Below, piece after piece: positions 1-12,659 of a DNA stretch of 64,000 nucleotides. The DNA is taken from contig NC_057750.1 in the NCBI RefSeq assembly GCF_004010195.1, positions 9,956,259 through 10,020,258 of the forward strand, read 5' to 3'. Below the pieces are notes generated by a model. The model made no database searches. It worked only from the letters and a program-made list of their open reading frames with translations, and was not told the origin of the DNA. The translations under genes and the position numbers were made by a program. This DNA comes from Chiloscyllium plagiosum. Taxonomy: Eukaryota. Each line of letters starts with the position of its first letter. Position 1 is the stretch's first letter.

Positions 1-268
1 ACAGTCAGCCCCGCCCCCGGGTGTATACAGGGTGAGTACAGTCAGCCCCGCCCCCATGTGTATACAGCGTGAGTACAGTCAGCCCCGCCCCCGGGTGTAT
101 ACAGGGTGAGTACAGTCAGCCCCGCCCCCATGTGTATACAGCGTGAGTACAGTCAGCCCCGCCCCCGGGTGTATACAGGGTGAGTACAGTCAGCCCCGCC
201 CCCGTGTGTATACAGGGAGAGTACAGTCAGCCCCACCCCCGGGTGTATACAGGGCGGGGACAGTCAGG
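1..268. repeat. 37-bp minisatellite (acagtcagccccgcccccgggtgtatacagggtgagt), ~7 copies, runs off the window start
   Basis: Units start at 1, 38, 75, 112, 149, 186, 223; two variants alternate. Confidence 0.95.
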
Positions 269-275
269 CCCGGCA

Positions 276-885
276 CAGTGTAACTGATGTAACTGAAATT
301 ATACGTTGAAAAATATCTCGATTGTTTGTTGAGTCTTTCATCTGTTCGAATACAGACACAAACACCCACATGTACACATATACATATACATTTGTGGGGT
401 GAATTTGTACTTGCAGAGTCACATTGTACTTTGCTCAAAAACTGCATGAATTCATGTAAAACTCTGTTATCTCACTTTCTAGATTAGAATAAATCTAAAC
501 ATCATGGCATAGACAGAGAACACAGGGGGCTAACACCTTCAACATATTGTCTAGCTATCACCAATTGTTACAGTTAACCTGAGAATGCAACTTTTAAAAA
601 AAGTTTTGTGATTTACACATGAAAGAAGTGAAACTATCGTGGTATTCGAACAGATGAAAGACTCAACAGACAAGGTACTTTTCAATGTATAATTTCAGTT
701 ACATCACACTGTAAACATTTGCTATAAATTCTGTGTCTTACAATCTTATTCTCCACAATCACCTGATGAAGGAGCAGTGCTCTGAAAGCTAGTGCTTCCA
801 AATAAACCTGTTGGACTATAACCTGGTGTTGTGTGATTTTTGACTGTGTACACCCCAGTCCAACATCGGCATCTCTAAATCATAT
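276..885 (+). mobile_element. Penelope-like element 3' portion (family B) with inverted 5' piece and hammerhead motif
   Basis: 276-353 is the reverse complement of ~642-711; hammerhead at 760-794; flanking gcacagtgt at 273-281 and 889-897; same family as 6624-6978. Confidence 0.7.
760..794 (+). ncRNA. Minimal type I hammerhead ribozyme motif (family B)
   Basis: cac-CUGAUGA-A-GGAGC(agu)GCUCU-GAAA-GC-UA-gug: core intact, 5-bp helix II, palindromic AGCU helix III, 3-bp helix I. Confidence 0.65.
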
Positions 886-959
886 CTAGCACAGTGTGTG
901 TGTCCTTGATATGCTACTAGACGGAACCGAACTGTGTTTGTGACTGTAAGTATATTATT

Positions 960-2430
960 GAAATTGGAAAAATGGATGCGAGCCTCAGACGGATGGCGTC
1001 CAGGCACAGAGTGTTGCAGGTCAAAGCCTTCCTGTATATAGATGACGTTGCCATTTGCTGCTCAGATCCGCTATCAGTGCACAGACCCATGAGCATATGT
1101 GACCAGTTTGAACTGGCCATGGGAGCCACAGTAACTCGAAGCAAGAGCGAGGCCATGGTCTTTGGGAATTGGGCCGACCGATCCTTTATACCCTTCACCA
1201 TCAGGACAGATTACTCAAAGCACTAGGAATATGGTTTGGAGGGACCGAGGCATGTGCAAACCTTGGGAGGAGCATATTACCAAGGTAAGGCAGAAACTGG
1301 GCTTTTGTGAACACTGCTCCCTCTCCATTGAGTGTAAAAACTTGGCCATGAGGTGTGAGGTACTCTTTCTGTTGTTGTATATGGCACAGGTCCTGCGCCA
1401 TTGCAGTCACCTGAGCCATCCTCCACTTCATCTAGAAATGCAAGATGGACCAGTATCTGCAGGAACTCCAGCATTCTAATAAGGAGGGGAAGAACGTAGC
1501 CAACGCCACCCTCAACCTGATGATAACCTTTGTGTGTGGCTGCATCGAGTTGTGTGCAAACCATGAGTACGCAAACACCAACTGCCACTATGTACTGAGA
1601 TTTTACCTGACCCCAGTGTAGCAAAAAATTGGACTGACCTTGTTCCTGTGAAGTGCTCCAAGTCATGGGACCGTTCAGTATCACCTTATCCTCATGGAGA
1701 AATTTGCAGAGCAAAGCACATTTGACCACAGTCCATCAGGAAGTGGTCAGCACCTAGCATTGTCAAGACCCTGCGGAAAAAGGAAAGGGTAAATCCTGTC
1801 ACGTGGTTTCCTGAGCAGACTGTCAAAGTCATTTGGCAGAATGCCTTACCATCGCAAGTTTCCAACAAGCACCAAGACATAGCATCACTGGTGGGGAGAA
1901 AGTCATGACCTGTCAGAGGCTTCATGTACACCTGGTCAGGCTGCAATGGTTTTTGTCGAGGTTCAGCTCAAGAGGCCGGACTTTACGGTCTGTTCCCCGG
2001 GGCGCCCACCAAGACAAACATCGACTGCGCCATCAACTCCGTAAAAGACACTGTTTGGTCTGCCCGAAAAATGTTGGTCTTCAAGCGCAAAGAGTTGACC
2101 TCAATCGAGTGTTGCAGACTGGCACATTCCAAGCTCCAGCACTATGTGCTGAGGGACACATTGGGGCAGCTGCTGCCAAGGGGCAGTGGGGAAAGACCAC
2201 CATCTGAGGTCTTCCTGCTGAAGATAAATGGGGGTCTCTTCAGTTATTGAACCCCCTGGTGCCTCAAATGCAAACGTTAATATAACCTTGTACAAGTAAG
2301 AGATGTCTTTGGTTTGTTTATCGGATGGAGTCAAACTCTAATGTTTGTTTTCTTCATAGAACCAAATTGCTTCAGGGACTGTGCATGTGCATAAAGATAT
2401 TTTTATGAGTAAAGTATATTTTTTAAAATT
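960..2430 (+). mobile_element. Degenerate L1/Tx1-like LINE (RT C-terminal region and 3' end)
   Basis: Frame-shifted peptides VKAFLYIDDVAICCSD (YxDD RT motif), KSEAMVFGNW, AINSVKDTVWSARKMLVF. Confidence 0.75.
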
Positions 2431-3013
2431 AAGAAGGACAGTCAGTGTGCACCCAATCAGCAATGTCATAATGCAAATGGTTTGGTCAATAACACAGTGC
2501 AGACACTGTGAATGCTGTTAAAATGCAGAAACAGTGAGCCCAGGTTTAGGGAAGACCCTGTCACAGCGGTAATCTGAGCTAATAATTCAGCAAACTAATC
2601 ATCCCGAAGCTCAAACTCAGGCTGTGATGACACAGACTCAAATCCCATCATGGCAGATGTGGGAATTTAAATTCAATTCATTCAAATCAAAATCTAGAAT
2701 GGATACATCCACTCAGTCATGGGGACCGACTGGTCGCAAAAGCCCATCCCAATCAGCCAGCTTTACTCAGTCTGACCTACACATTCCTCCAGACCCACAG
2801 CATCGGTGTTGGCTCTTCACTGCTCTCTGAGAATGGCCGAGTGAGACACTAAGTTCAGGGATGGGACAATAATGACTGGCCTTGCAAGAAAAAAATACAG
2901 GAAAATAAATACGTGATGAGGGCTGGGTCAGTGTGAATACAGTGTCAACAGGAACAGTGTGATTATGGGGCACCAGATAAAGTCCAAATATAGTGAATTA
3001 CGTAACAATGCAA

Positions 3014-3266
3014 ACTGTGTGGAGTTTGCTCCCGTGTCTCCCAGTGTCTGTGTGGGTTTCCTCCGGGTGCTCCGGTTTCCTCCCACAGTCCAAAGATGTG
3101 CAGGTGAGGTGAATTGGCCATGCTAAATTGCCCAAAGTGTTAAGTGCATTAGTCAGGGGTAAATGTAGGGGAATGGGTCTGGGTGGGTTACTCTTCAGAG
3201 GGTCGGTGTGGACTTGTTGGGCCGAAGGGCCTGTTTCCACACTGTAGGGAATCTAATCTAATCTAA
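3014..3266 (+). mobile_element. HE1-type V-SINE, 5'-truncated
   Basis: tgggtttcctccgggtgctccggtttcctcccacagtccaaagatgtgcagg core; (aatct)n tail. Confidence 0.85.
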
Positions 3267-4524
3267 TTAACACTTGCTGCACAGATACAGTTGACACTGA
3301 TAGCATGGAAACAGTGGACACACATACACAGTTGCAGTGGACACTTGTCATGAGTATACTGTTGGAGCGTAGATACAATGGACCCTTGCTGATGGGTACA
3401 GTGGATACTGCACAGGTTAAATATATACTCAACACACAGACACAGTAGATGCTGTCCTAGTGTGAATACAGTGGACACCGTCATCAGGTGGGTACAATGG
3501 ATTTTGTCACCGTGCAGATACAGTGCACGTTGTGGACTTTGTCCTCTGTGGATACAGTGGAAACTGTTGTAATGCAGATACTTGGGTTCCTTGTAATGTT
3601 TCCCCCAGAACTGAAGGTTCCTGAGTCTGGTGGGTGCGGATCCTCTGAACGGTTCAGTGATTGTGTAGCTGAGAGGGAAGATTGCTAGTGACCCCATTTC
3701 AGAAATCCTGCTCTCTCTACCTGCTGTGTGAAAATAAACCTCTCACTCCACATTTGCTTTGTTTGCAAAACACTTGAATTCAGTGCCCTCTGGTTCTCCA
3801 TCTTCTTGCAGGGGAGAACACTCACTCCCTATATACTAGTGATATTAGTGTGTCTAAGACTAGCTCTTTATTTTGTTGTCTTCACTGTCTGGCCAGTGTT
3901 TGTGACAATGCTCTGCCGAACTCCTGAGGTTCCAGTCAGATTGCACAGCACTGCATCACCACTTGAGGGCAGCAAAGTACAACATCGCGCCGAAATGGCC
4001 TCAGCAACGATGGCCTGCCTTTAGATAGCGCCATTAGCCCAATAATCCATTTTAAGATGTTTCACGTTATTGGAAAACTAGTTGATCGTTTCAAACACAT
4101 CTGAACATAAATGTTTCTTTGCCAGGTTCTTCTTTTAGCGCTAATAATAGGAAAGGTCTGGTAACAAAGAGATTGTGAATGTGGGTTTCAACTGCAGAGG
4201 AAGGGGAAAGGGGTGGAGGTTGTGGGGACCAGCCTGTCCTGCATCTGCCAGAGGCAGGGACAGATGCTGCTACCAGGTTACATCAGAACAAGCTCCCCTG
4301 AGGACGTTATTGTTCCTGAAGATTTCAGCACAGTGGGAACAGATTCCAGTCTGGGCTAGCGACAGAATGCTGTCCAAACTGAGGTTGGTCTCTGGTCTGG
4401 GCTGACCTTCTCTCTGGCTGTTAGTGACTTTCCTCAGGTTCGGGGGGGGGTCAACGAAGAATTCACCTGAGGAAAACTAACATCTCATGAGTCACTCTGA
4501 AATGAAAACTCGCGCACACAAAAC

Positions 4525-4775
4525 CCAGTGGCTCAGTGGTTAACACTGCTGCCTCACAGCGCCAGAGACACTGATTCAATACCGACCCTCTGGTGTCTGT
4601 GTGGGGTTTGCACATTCCCCCCGTGTCTGTGTGGGTTTCCTCCCACAGCCCAAAGATGTGCAGGTCAGGTGGATTGGCCATGCTAAAATGCCCCATTAGA
4701 GCCAGGGATAGGTCTGAATGGTGATGCTCTTCAGAGGGTTGTTGCTGTGGACCTGATGGGCCAAATGGCCTGAGT
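4525..4775 (+). mobile_element. HE1-type V-SINE
   Basis: tRNA-like head gtggctcagtggttaacactgctgcctcacag plus V-domain. Confidence 0.85.
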
Positions 4776-4949
4776 GAGGTAACTGATGGTGATTTAACCT
4801 GAGGGTCACCACAATCTCAGGTGAGAGGGGAGGTTGAGAAGGAGTCTTCCTGGTATCCTCAACTGGTGGCTGGGGATTGAACCTAACTTGTTGGCATCAT
4901 ACTGCTCTGCAAACCAACTGTCCAGGCCACTGAGCTAAACCTACCCCTC

Positions 4950-5735
4950 CCCATTCACACAACCACCATCCACACATACACCCACCCTCCCTTATACATC
5001 TACAGATACCAACACACACTGACAGCTATGTATACACCCAGAGAGACACACACCTACACCAACACACATCTACATGGACAAATGCATGTATACGGTCACA
5101 TGCACACGTATATACATTCACATGCCCACATACAAAGACGTGTCCACACACACAGATACACACTGGCACACACACCCTTCACATTTCCTATTAGGTTTGT
5201 AGAGGGAGGTGTGTCAAGCTGTAGGTCTCCGTCTTCAATGCTGGACTCCTGCCAGGCTGTCCACAATGTTCCCGAAATGTTCCTCCAACCCTCCCTTGTT
5301 GATATTGAGCAGGTGCCACATTCCCCTTCCCAGGCACACCACAATCAAGCTTTGTTCTTTTTTGTTTTGCTTCCAGGGTGGACACTTAGTTGTCTTTCTA
5401 ACCGATCTGCAGGAGTGTCAGCGTCACCCTCATGTCTGGGACACACAGACACATACAAGAAACACACAGAGACACGCACACAAACATGCACACAGAGACA
5501 CGCAGACACACACACACACATCGATACACAGAAAGACACACAGACACAAACACAGACACACACACAGGCAGACACACACACAGACGCACAGACACCATAC
5601 ACACAGAAACACAAGCGGACACACACAAATACACACAGACACAGATGCACACAGACACCCACATTGACACACAGAGATGCACACACAGACCCACACACAT
5701 AAACACAGACACATGCACACCGGCAGACACACATG
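4950..5735. repeat. Degenerate (CA)-rich simple repeats (4950-5180 and 5440-5735)
   Basis: cacacagaca-type low-complexity sequence. Confidence 0.85.
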
Positions 5736-6623
5736 TCCACCTGACTGGCAGTCAGAGAAGATGTTTAAATCTCTCCCCTGTTCCTCCCGATGTCCCTCAC
5801 TAAGTTGTTCTGAGAAGCTGTGTGTATTGTTTTCACAGCAGGAGAACAGGCCCATTCACCCCATCTGCTCCATGCTTGTTTTATGCTTTGAGGTTCCTCC
5901 AGCCACCCTGTTTGACCCCTACCCACCCCCATTTATCACAGCTTTCCAGAACGAAAGTTAACACAGTGTCCCTGAATTCCAAAAGGGCTGGGGCAGTGTG
6001 TGTTTACTGAAAAGGAAATCGGCGAATGGAAGAGACATTGCAGAGTAGAAATGGACATTTTTGTGGCAGGCCCCTGACTGCGGCTGCCCTTGCTCTGTTG
6101 TTGTCTAGGCTGAGAGAGACAGAAGGGAATCCTTTCAGACATTTCACATTTCAGCGCCACAGCGAATAACAATTATCACAGGATTTATTTTTGTTGCTCG
6201 TTCTTCAGCCCTCGAGGCAGAGAAAAATTAAGCCCCACGTCCAATTGGGAGCCACAGGAGGTTCTGACCTTCCCCGTTCTGCTGTAGTCAGACTATTCTG
6301 CAGTTTAATGTTGCTTTCCACTCTGCCCCAGACTCTTCTACCCCTCTCAACCACCGCACTTTTCCCCATTCTATTCTTAGGCCTGTCCTGGTCAAATTGC
6401 CTCTATGCTGTTCGCATCACCCGCTCACTGTGGGAGCAACTTCCACTTCCTGAGCACTCTCTGGAATGAAGTCATCTCTCCTGAATTACCCCCGCCCCCC
6501 CCTCCCGGATTTTCTTGGGGACGGTCTTATGTCAAAGGTCTCAAGTTACTGTATTCCTCACAAGAGGGAATGTTTTCTCTATGCCCACTGGATCAAACCT
6601 TTCACCATTTCCCCCTCTTTTCA

Positions 6624-6978
6624 TAGTTAAAAATCTCACAGCACCAGGTTTTAGTCCAACAGGTTTATTTGGAAGCACTAGCTTTCGAGGCCCTGTTCCT
6701 TCATCAAGTTACTAGTGGGGCAGGATCATAAGATACAAAATTTATAGCAAAAGATCACAATATTATGCAATTAAAACAGTATATTGAATGATTTAAGTGC
6801 GTGACAGTGTGATCTTTTACTATAAATTCTGTCTTATGATCCTGTCCCACAACCACCTGATGAAGGGGCAGTGCCTCGAAAGCTAGTGATTCCAAATAAA
6901 CCTGTTGGACTATAACCTGGAGTTGAGTGATTTTTAACTTTGTCCACCCCAGTCCGACACCGGCTTCTCCACATCATT
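6624..6978. mobile_element. Penelope-like family B, inverted (head-to-head) pair
   Basis: 6627-6760 is the reverse complement of ~6800-6940; TSD ctcttttca at 6615-6623 and 6979-6987. Confidence 0.75.
6854..6888 (+). ncRNA. Minimal type I hammerhead ribozyme motif (family B)
   Basis: cac-CUGAUGA-A-GGGGC(agu)GCCUC-GAAA-GC-UA-gug. Confidence 0.65.
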
Positions 6979-6993
6979 CTCTTTTCAAGGGAG

Positions 6994-7195
6994 GAGAAAG
7001 TGAGGTCTGCAGATGCTGGAGATCAGAGCTGAAAATGTGTTGCTGGAAAAGCGCAGCAGGTCAGGCAGCATCCAGGGAACAGGAGAATCGACGTTTCGGG
7101 CATAAGCCGAAGAAGGGCTTATGCCCGAAACGTCGGTTCTCCTGTTCCCTGGATGCTGCCTGACCTGCTGCGCTTTTCCAGCAACACATTTTCAG
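6994..7195. mobile_element. Penelope-like family A, inverted pair
   Basis: Arms meet at ~7108; 15-bp TSD ctcttttcaagggag at 6979-6993 and 7196-7210; hammerhead core altered to CCGAAGA at the junction. Confidence 0.8.
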
Positions 7196-7727
7196 CTCTT
7201 TTCAAGGGAGACCCAGCCTCTCAGTCTCATATTCTTTGCCATGCGATGTGGGCTCAGTGGCAAGGTTATTGATCTCCTGGACAGCTCTTGAACTGCGTGG
7301 CTTGGTCAGCCATTTTAGAGGGCAGTTTAGAGTCAACCCAGTGCTGTGGGTCTGGAGTCACTTGTAGGCCAGACCAGGTAAGCTTGGCAGATTTCCTTCC
7401 TAAAGGATATCAGCAAAACATTGAAGTTAATTTCATGATCACCATTTTTTAAAATCCAGGTTTTTAATTAATACAAATTTCACCGTCAGCCATGGTGGGG
7501 TTTGAACGCACATCTCCAGAAATGTAGCCTGGAGCTCTGCATTTACTGGTCTCCTGACATTATGGCTACACCACTGTCCCCATACAACCCACAGTTTCCG
7601 ATGTGTTCCCCGGCATATCTGGTAACATCCTTCGAAATCTCCCCAGCATCCGCTCCAGTGCCCCAATAGTCTCTTGATAATGTAGCAACCAGCCTGAGAG
7701 ACAATGGGTTCTGAGTTGTACTGGCTC

Positions 7728-10700
7728 CTGAGTGACCATGTCCCCCTGAGTGACCATGTGCCCCCTGAGTGACCATGTGCCCCTTTTATGACCATGTCCC
7801 CCTGAGTGACCATGGGCCCCTGAGTGACCATGTGTCCCTGAGTGACAATGTGCCCCAAGTGACCATGTGCCCCTGAGTGACCATGTGCACTTGAGTGACC
7901 ATGTGCCCCTGAGTGACCATGTGCCCCTTGAGTGACCATGGGCCCCCTGAGTGACCATGTCCCCCTGAGTGACCATGTGCCCTTGAGTGAACATATGCCC
8001 ATGAGTGACCATGTCCCTCTGAGTGACCATGGATTCCTGAGTGACCATGGATTCCTGAGTGACCGTGGGCCCCATGAGTGACTATGTACCCCCGAGTGAC
8101 CATGTGCCCCTGAGTGACCATGTGCCCCTGAGTGACCATGGATCCCCGAGTGACCATGTGCCCCTTGAGTGACCATGTGCCCCTTGAGTGAACATGTGCT
8201 TCCGAGTGACCATGTGCCCCTTGAGTGACCATGGATCCCTGAGTGACCATGTGGCCCTGAGTGACTATGGGCTCCATGAGTGACCATGTGCCCCTTGAAT
8301 GACCATGGGCCCCGTGAATGACCATGGGCCCCTTGAGTGAACAAGTGCCCCTTGAGTGACATGGGCCCCTTTTGTGACCATGACCCCTGAGCGACCATGA
8401 CCCCTGAGTGACCATGTGCCCCCTGAGTGGCCATGTGCCCCTGAGATACAATGACCCCTGAGTGACCATGGATCCCTGAGTGACCATGTGCCCCTTGAGT
8501 GACCATGTGCCCCTGAGTGACCATGTGCCCCTTGAGTGAACATGTGCTTCCGAGTGACCATGTGCCCCTTGAGTGGCCATGTGCTCCCGAGTGACCATGT
8601 GCCCCTGAGTGTCCATGTGTCCCTTGAGTGACCATGTATCCCTGAGTGACCATGGATCCCTGAGTGACCATGTGCCCCTGAGTGACCATGTGCTCCTTAA
8701 GTGACCATGTGACCCTGAGTGACTACGTGCCCCTGAATGATCATGGATCACTGAGTGACCATGTGCCCCTTGAGTGACCATGTGTCCCTGAGTGACCACT
8801 TGCCCCTGAGTGATCATGGGTCTTGAGTGACCACGTGCCCAATGTGTAACCTTGTGCCCCTGAGTGACCATGTGCCCCTGAGTGACCATGGATCCCTGAG
8901 TGATCATGTGCCCCTGAGTGAACATGTCCCCCTGAGTGACCATGTGCCCCTGAGTGACCATGGATCCCTGAGTGACCATGTGCCCTTGAGTGACCATGGA
9001 TCCTTGAGTGACCACGTGCCCCTTGAGTAACCATATGCCCCTGAGTGACCATGTGCCCCTTGGGTGACCATGGATCCCTGAGTGACCATGTGCCCCTGAG
9101 TGGCCATTGCCCCTGAGTGACCATGTGCCCCTTGAATGACCATGGGCCCCTTGAATGGCCATGGGCCCCTTGAGTGAACAAGTGCCCCTTGAGTGACCAT
9201 GGGCCCCTTTTGTGAACATGTGCCCCTTGAGTGACCATGGGCCCCTTTTGTGACCATGACCCCTGAGCGACCATGACCCCTGAGTGACCATGTGCCCCTG
9301 AGTGACCATGTGTCACTTGAGTGACCATGGGTTCCTGAGTGACCATGTGCCCCTGAGTGACTATGGGCCCCATGAGTGACCATGTGCTCCCTCAGTGACC
9401 ATGTGCCCTTGAGTGACCATGTGCCCCCTGAGTGACCATGGATCCCTGAGTGACCATGTGCCGCTGAGTGACCATGAGCCCACTGAGTGACCATGTGCCC
9501 TTGAGTGACCATGTGCCCCTTGAGTGACCATGGATCCCTGAGTGACCATGTGCCCCTGTGTGACCATGGATCCCTGAGTGACAAAGTGCCCCTTGGGTGA
9601 CCATGGATCCCTGATTGACCATGTGCCCCTTAATGACCATGGCCCCAGAGTGACCATGTGCCCCTTGAGTGACCATGTGCCCTTGAGTGATTATGGACCC
9701 TGAGTGACCATGTGCCCCTGAGTGACCATGTGCCCGTTGAGTGACCATGGATCCCTGAGTGACCACATGCCTTTGAGTGACCATGTGCCCCGAGTGACCA
9801 TGGACACCCTGAGTGACCATGTGCCCCTGAGTGACCATGTGCTCTCAAGTGACCATGGATCCCTGAGTGACCATGTGCTCCCAGGTGACCATGGATTCCA
9901 GAGTGACCATGTCGCCGAGTGACCATGGATCTCTGAGTGACCACGTGCCCCTGAGTGACCATGACCCCTGAGTGACCATGTGCTCCTGAGTGACCATGGA
10001 TCCCTGAGTGACCATGTGCCCCTTGAGTGACCATGTGCCCCTGAGTGACCATGTGCCCGTTGAGTGGCCATGTGCTCCCGAGTGACCATGTGCCCCTGAG
10101 TGACTATGTGTCCCTTGAGTGACCATGTATCCCTGAGTGACCATGTGCCCCTGAGTGACTACGTGCCCCTGAGTGATCATGGATCACTGAGTGACCATGT
10201 GCCCCTTGAGTGACCATGTGCCCCTGAGTGACTACGTGCCCCTGAATGATCATGGGCCTTGAGTGACCACCTGCCCCATGTGTAACCATATGCCCCTGAG
10301 TGACCATGTGCCCCTGTGTGACCATGGATACCTGAGTGACCATGTGCCCCTAAGTGACTATGGGCCCCATGAGTGATCATGTGCCCCCTGAGTGACCATG
10401 TGCCCCTGAGTGACCATGGATACCTGAGTGACCATGTGCCCCTGAGTGACTATGGGCCCCATGAGTGATCATGTGCCCCCTGAGTGACCATGTGCCCCTG
10501 AGTGAACATGTCCCCCTGAGTGACCATGGATCCCTGAGTGACTATGTGCCCCTGAGTGATCATGGATACCTGAGTGACCATGGGCCCCATGTGTGACCAT
10601 GTCCCCCCCGAGTGACCATGTGCCCCTGAGTGACCATGTCCCCCTGAGTGACCATGGATCCCTGAGTGACCATGTGCCCCTGAGTGACCATGGATCCTTG

Positions 10701-11533
10701 AGTGACCATGGATCCCTGAGTGACCATGTGTCCCTTGAGTGACCATGTGCCCCGGAGTGACTACGTGCCCCGGAGTGACCATGGGCCCCTGAGTGAACAT
10801 GTCGCCCTGAGTGACCATGTGCCCCTGAGTGACCATGGATCCTTGAATGACCATGTGCCCCTTGAGTAACCATGTGCCCCTGAGTGACCATGTGCCCTTT
10901 GGGTGACCATGGATCCCTGAGTGACCATGTGCCGCTGAGTGACTATGGGCCCCATGAGTGATCTTGTGCCCCCTGAGTGACCATATGCCCCTGAGTGACC
11001 ATGGATCCTTGAGTGACCATGTGTCCCTGAGTGACCATGTGCCCCGTGAATGACCATGGGACCCTTGAGTGAACATGTGCCCCTTGAGTGACCATGGGCC
11101 CCTTTTGTGACCATGATTCCTGAGCAACCATGACCCCTGAGTGACCATGTGCCCCTTGAGTGACCATGTGCCCTTGATTGACCATGTGCCCCCTGACTGA
11201 CCATGGATCCCTGAGTGACCATGTCCCCCTTGATTGACCATGAGCCCACTGAGTGACCATGGATCCCTGAGTGACAATGTGCCCCTTGAGTGACCATGGA
11301 TCCCTGAGTGGCCATGTGCCCCTTGAGTGACCATGGCCCCAGAGTGACCATGTGCCCCTTGAGTGACCATGTGCCCCTGAGTGACTATGGACCCTGAGTG
11401 ACCATGTGCCCCTGAGTGACCATGTGCCCATTGAGTGACCATCGATCCCTGAGTGACCACGTGCCTTTGAGTGACCAAGTGCCCCTGAGTGACCATGTGC
11501 CCCGCAGTGACCATGGATCCCTGAGAGACCATG
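7728..11533. repeat. 18-19-bp satellite (ctgagtgaccatgtgccc[c]), about 200 units, runs into an assembly gap
   Basis: Continuous tandem units with recurring multi-unit blocks. Confidence 0.97.
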
Positions 11534-12033
11534 NNNNNNNNNNNNNNNNNNNNNNNNNNNNNNNNNNNNNNNNNNNNNNNNNNNNNNNNNNNNNNNNNNN
11601 NNNNNNNNNNNNNNNNNNNNNNNNNNNNNNNNNNNNNNNNNNNNNNNNNNNNNNNNNNNNNNNNNNNNNNNNNNNNNNNNNNNNNNNNNNNNNNNNNNNN
11701 NNNNNNNNNNNNNNNNNNNNNNNNNNNNNNNNNNNNNNNNNNNNNNNNNNNNNNNNNNNNNNNNNNNNNNNNNNNNNNNNNNNNNNNNNNNNNNNNNNNN
11801 NNNNNNNNNNNNNNNNNNNNNNNNNNNNNNNNNNNNNNNNNNNNNNNNNNNNNNNNNNNNNNNNNNNNNNNNNNNNNNNNNNNNNNNNNNNNNNNNNNNN
11901 NNNNNNNNNNNNNNNNNNNNNNNNNNNNNNNNNNNNNNNNNNNNNNNNNNNNNNNNNNNNNNNNNNNNNNNNNNNNNNNNNNNNNNNNNNNNNNNNNNNN
12001 NNNNNNNNNNNNNNNNNNNNNNNNNNNNNNNNN
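11534..12033. other. Assembly gap (500 N)
   Basis: Run of N. Confidence 1.
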
Positions 12034-12153
12034 TTCCTGATAAAGGGCTTTTGCCTGAAACGTCGATTTTCCAGCTCTTTGGATGCTGTCTGACCTGCTG
12101 TGCTTTTCCTGCATCACTCTAACCTCCAGCATCTGCAGTACCCACTTCAGCCT
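12034..12153 (+). mobile_element. Penelope-like family A 3' end, degenerate hammerhead
   Basis: cctgataaagggcttttgcctgaaacgtcgat; G8 of the core is mutated. Confidence 0.7.
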
Positions 12154-12659
12154 CATAAAATATGTAGGTTGAGGGAACACTGATTGGATTAGTTTATAGG
12201 TACCATAATAACAGTGATACTGTTGCATAGACTGTTAAGAAAACAATAATTGGAGCTCAGAATTAAGTAATAATTGTAGGGAACTTTAATCTTCATATGG
12301 CCTGGACTAATCACATTGACAAAGTTTCTCTGGACACTTAGACTGTACAATGTATTTGTGATACTTTTCTGAACAAAATGTTGTGCAACTAGCAAGTTTT
12401 AAGGTTATTTTAGATCTAGTGCAACAGTGTTCATTAGTAATCTCATAGTAAAAGTTCCACTGGAAAAAAATTGATCATAGTATAATTGAATTCCCCATTA
12501 AGTTTGAAACCAACGTATTTCAGTTGGAATAAAGAATCTCATACTTAAGCTGAGCCAGTTATGTGGGTAACTGGAAGACTGCTGAGGTGGACTGATTCAA
12601 TGCACAAAATGGGATGGTGGCCAATATATAAAGATAGAAGCATTTAAACAAACAATCTA

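Noticed and set aside
5028..5855. His/Thr-rich and Cys/Val-rich ORFs
   Set aside because: CA/GT microsatellite translations.
7728..11533. CRISPR-like array (also 33290-34200 and 59231-62041)
   Set aside because: Head-to-tail repeats with no unique spacers, no cas genes, and a vertebrate context.
7439..12228. Long ORFs (MVTQG/GAHGHS repeats, up to 592 aa)
   Set aside because: Translations of the satellite, open in several frames with constant frame switching; some run through Ns.
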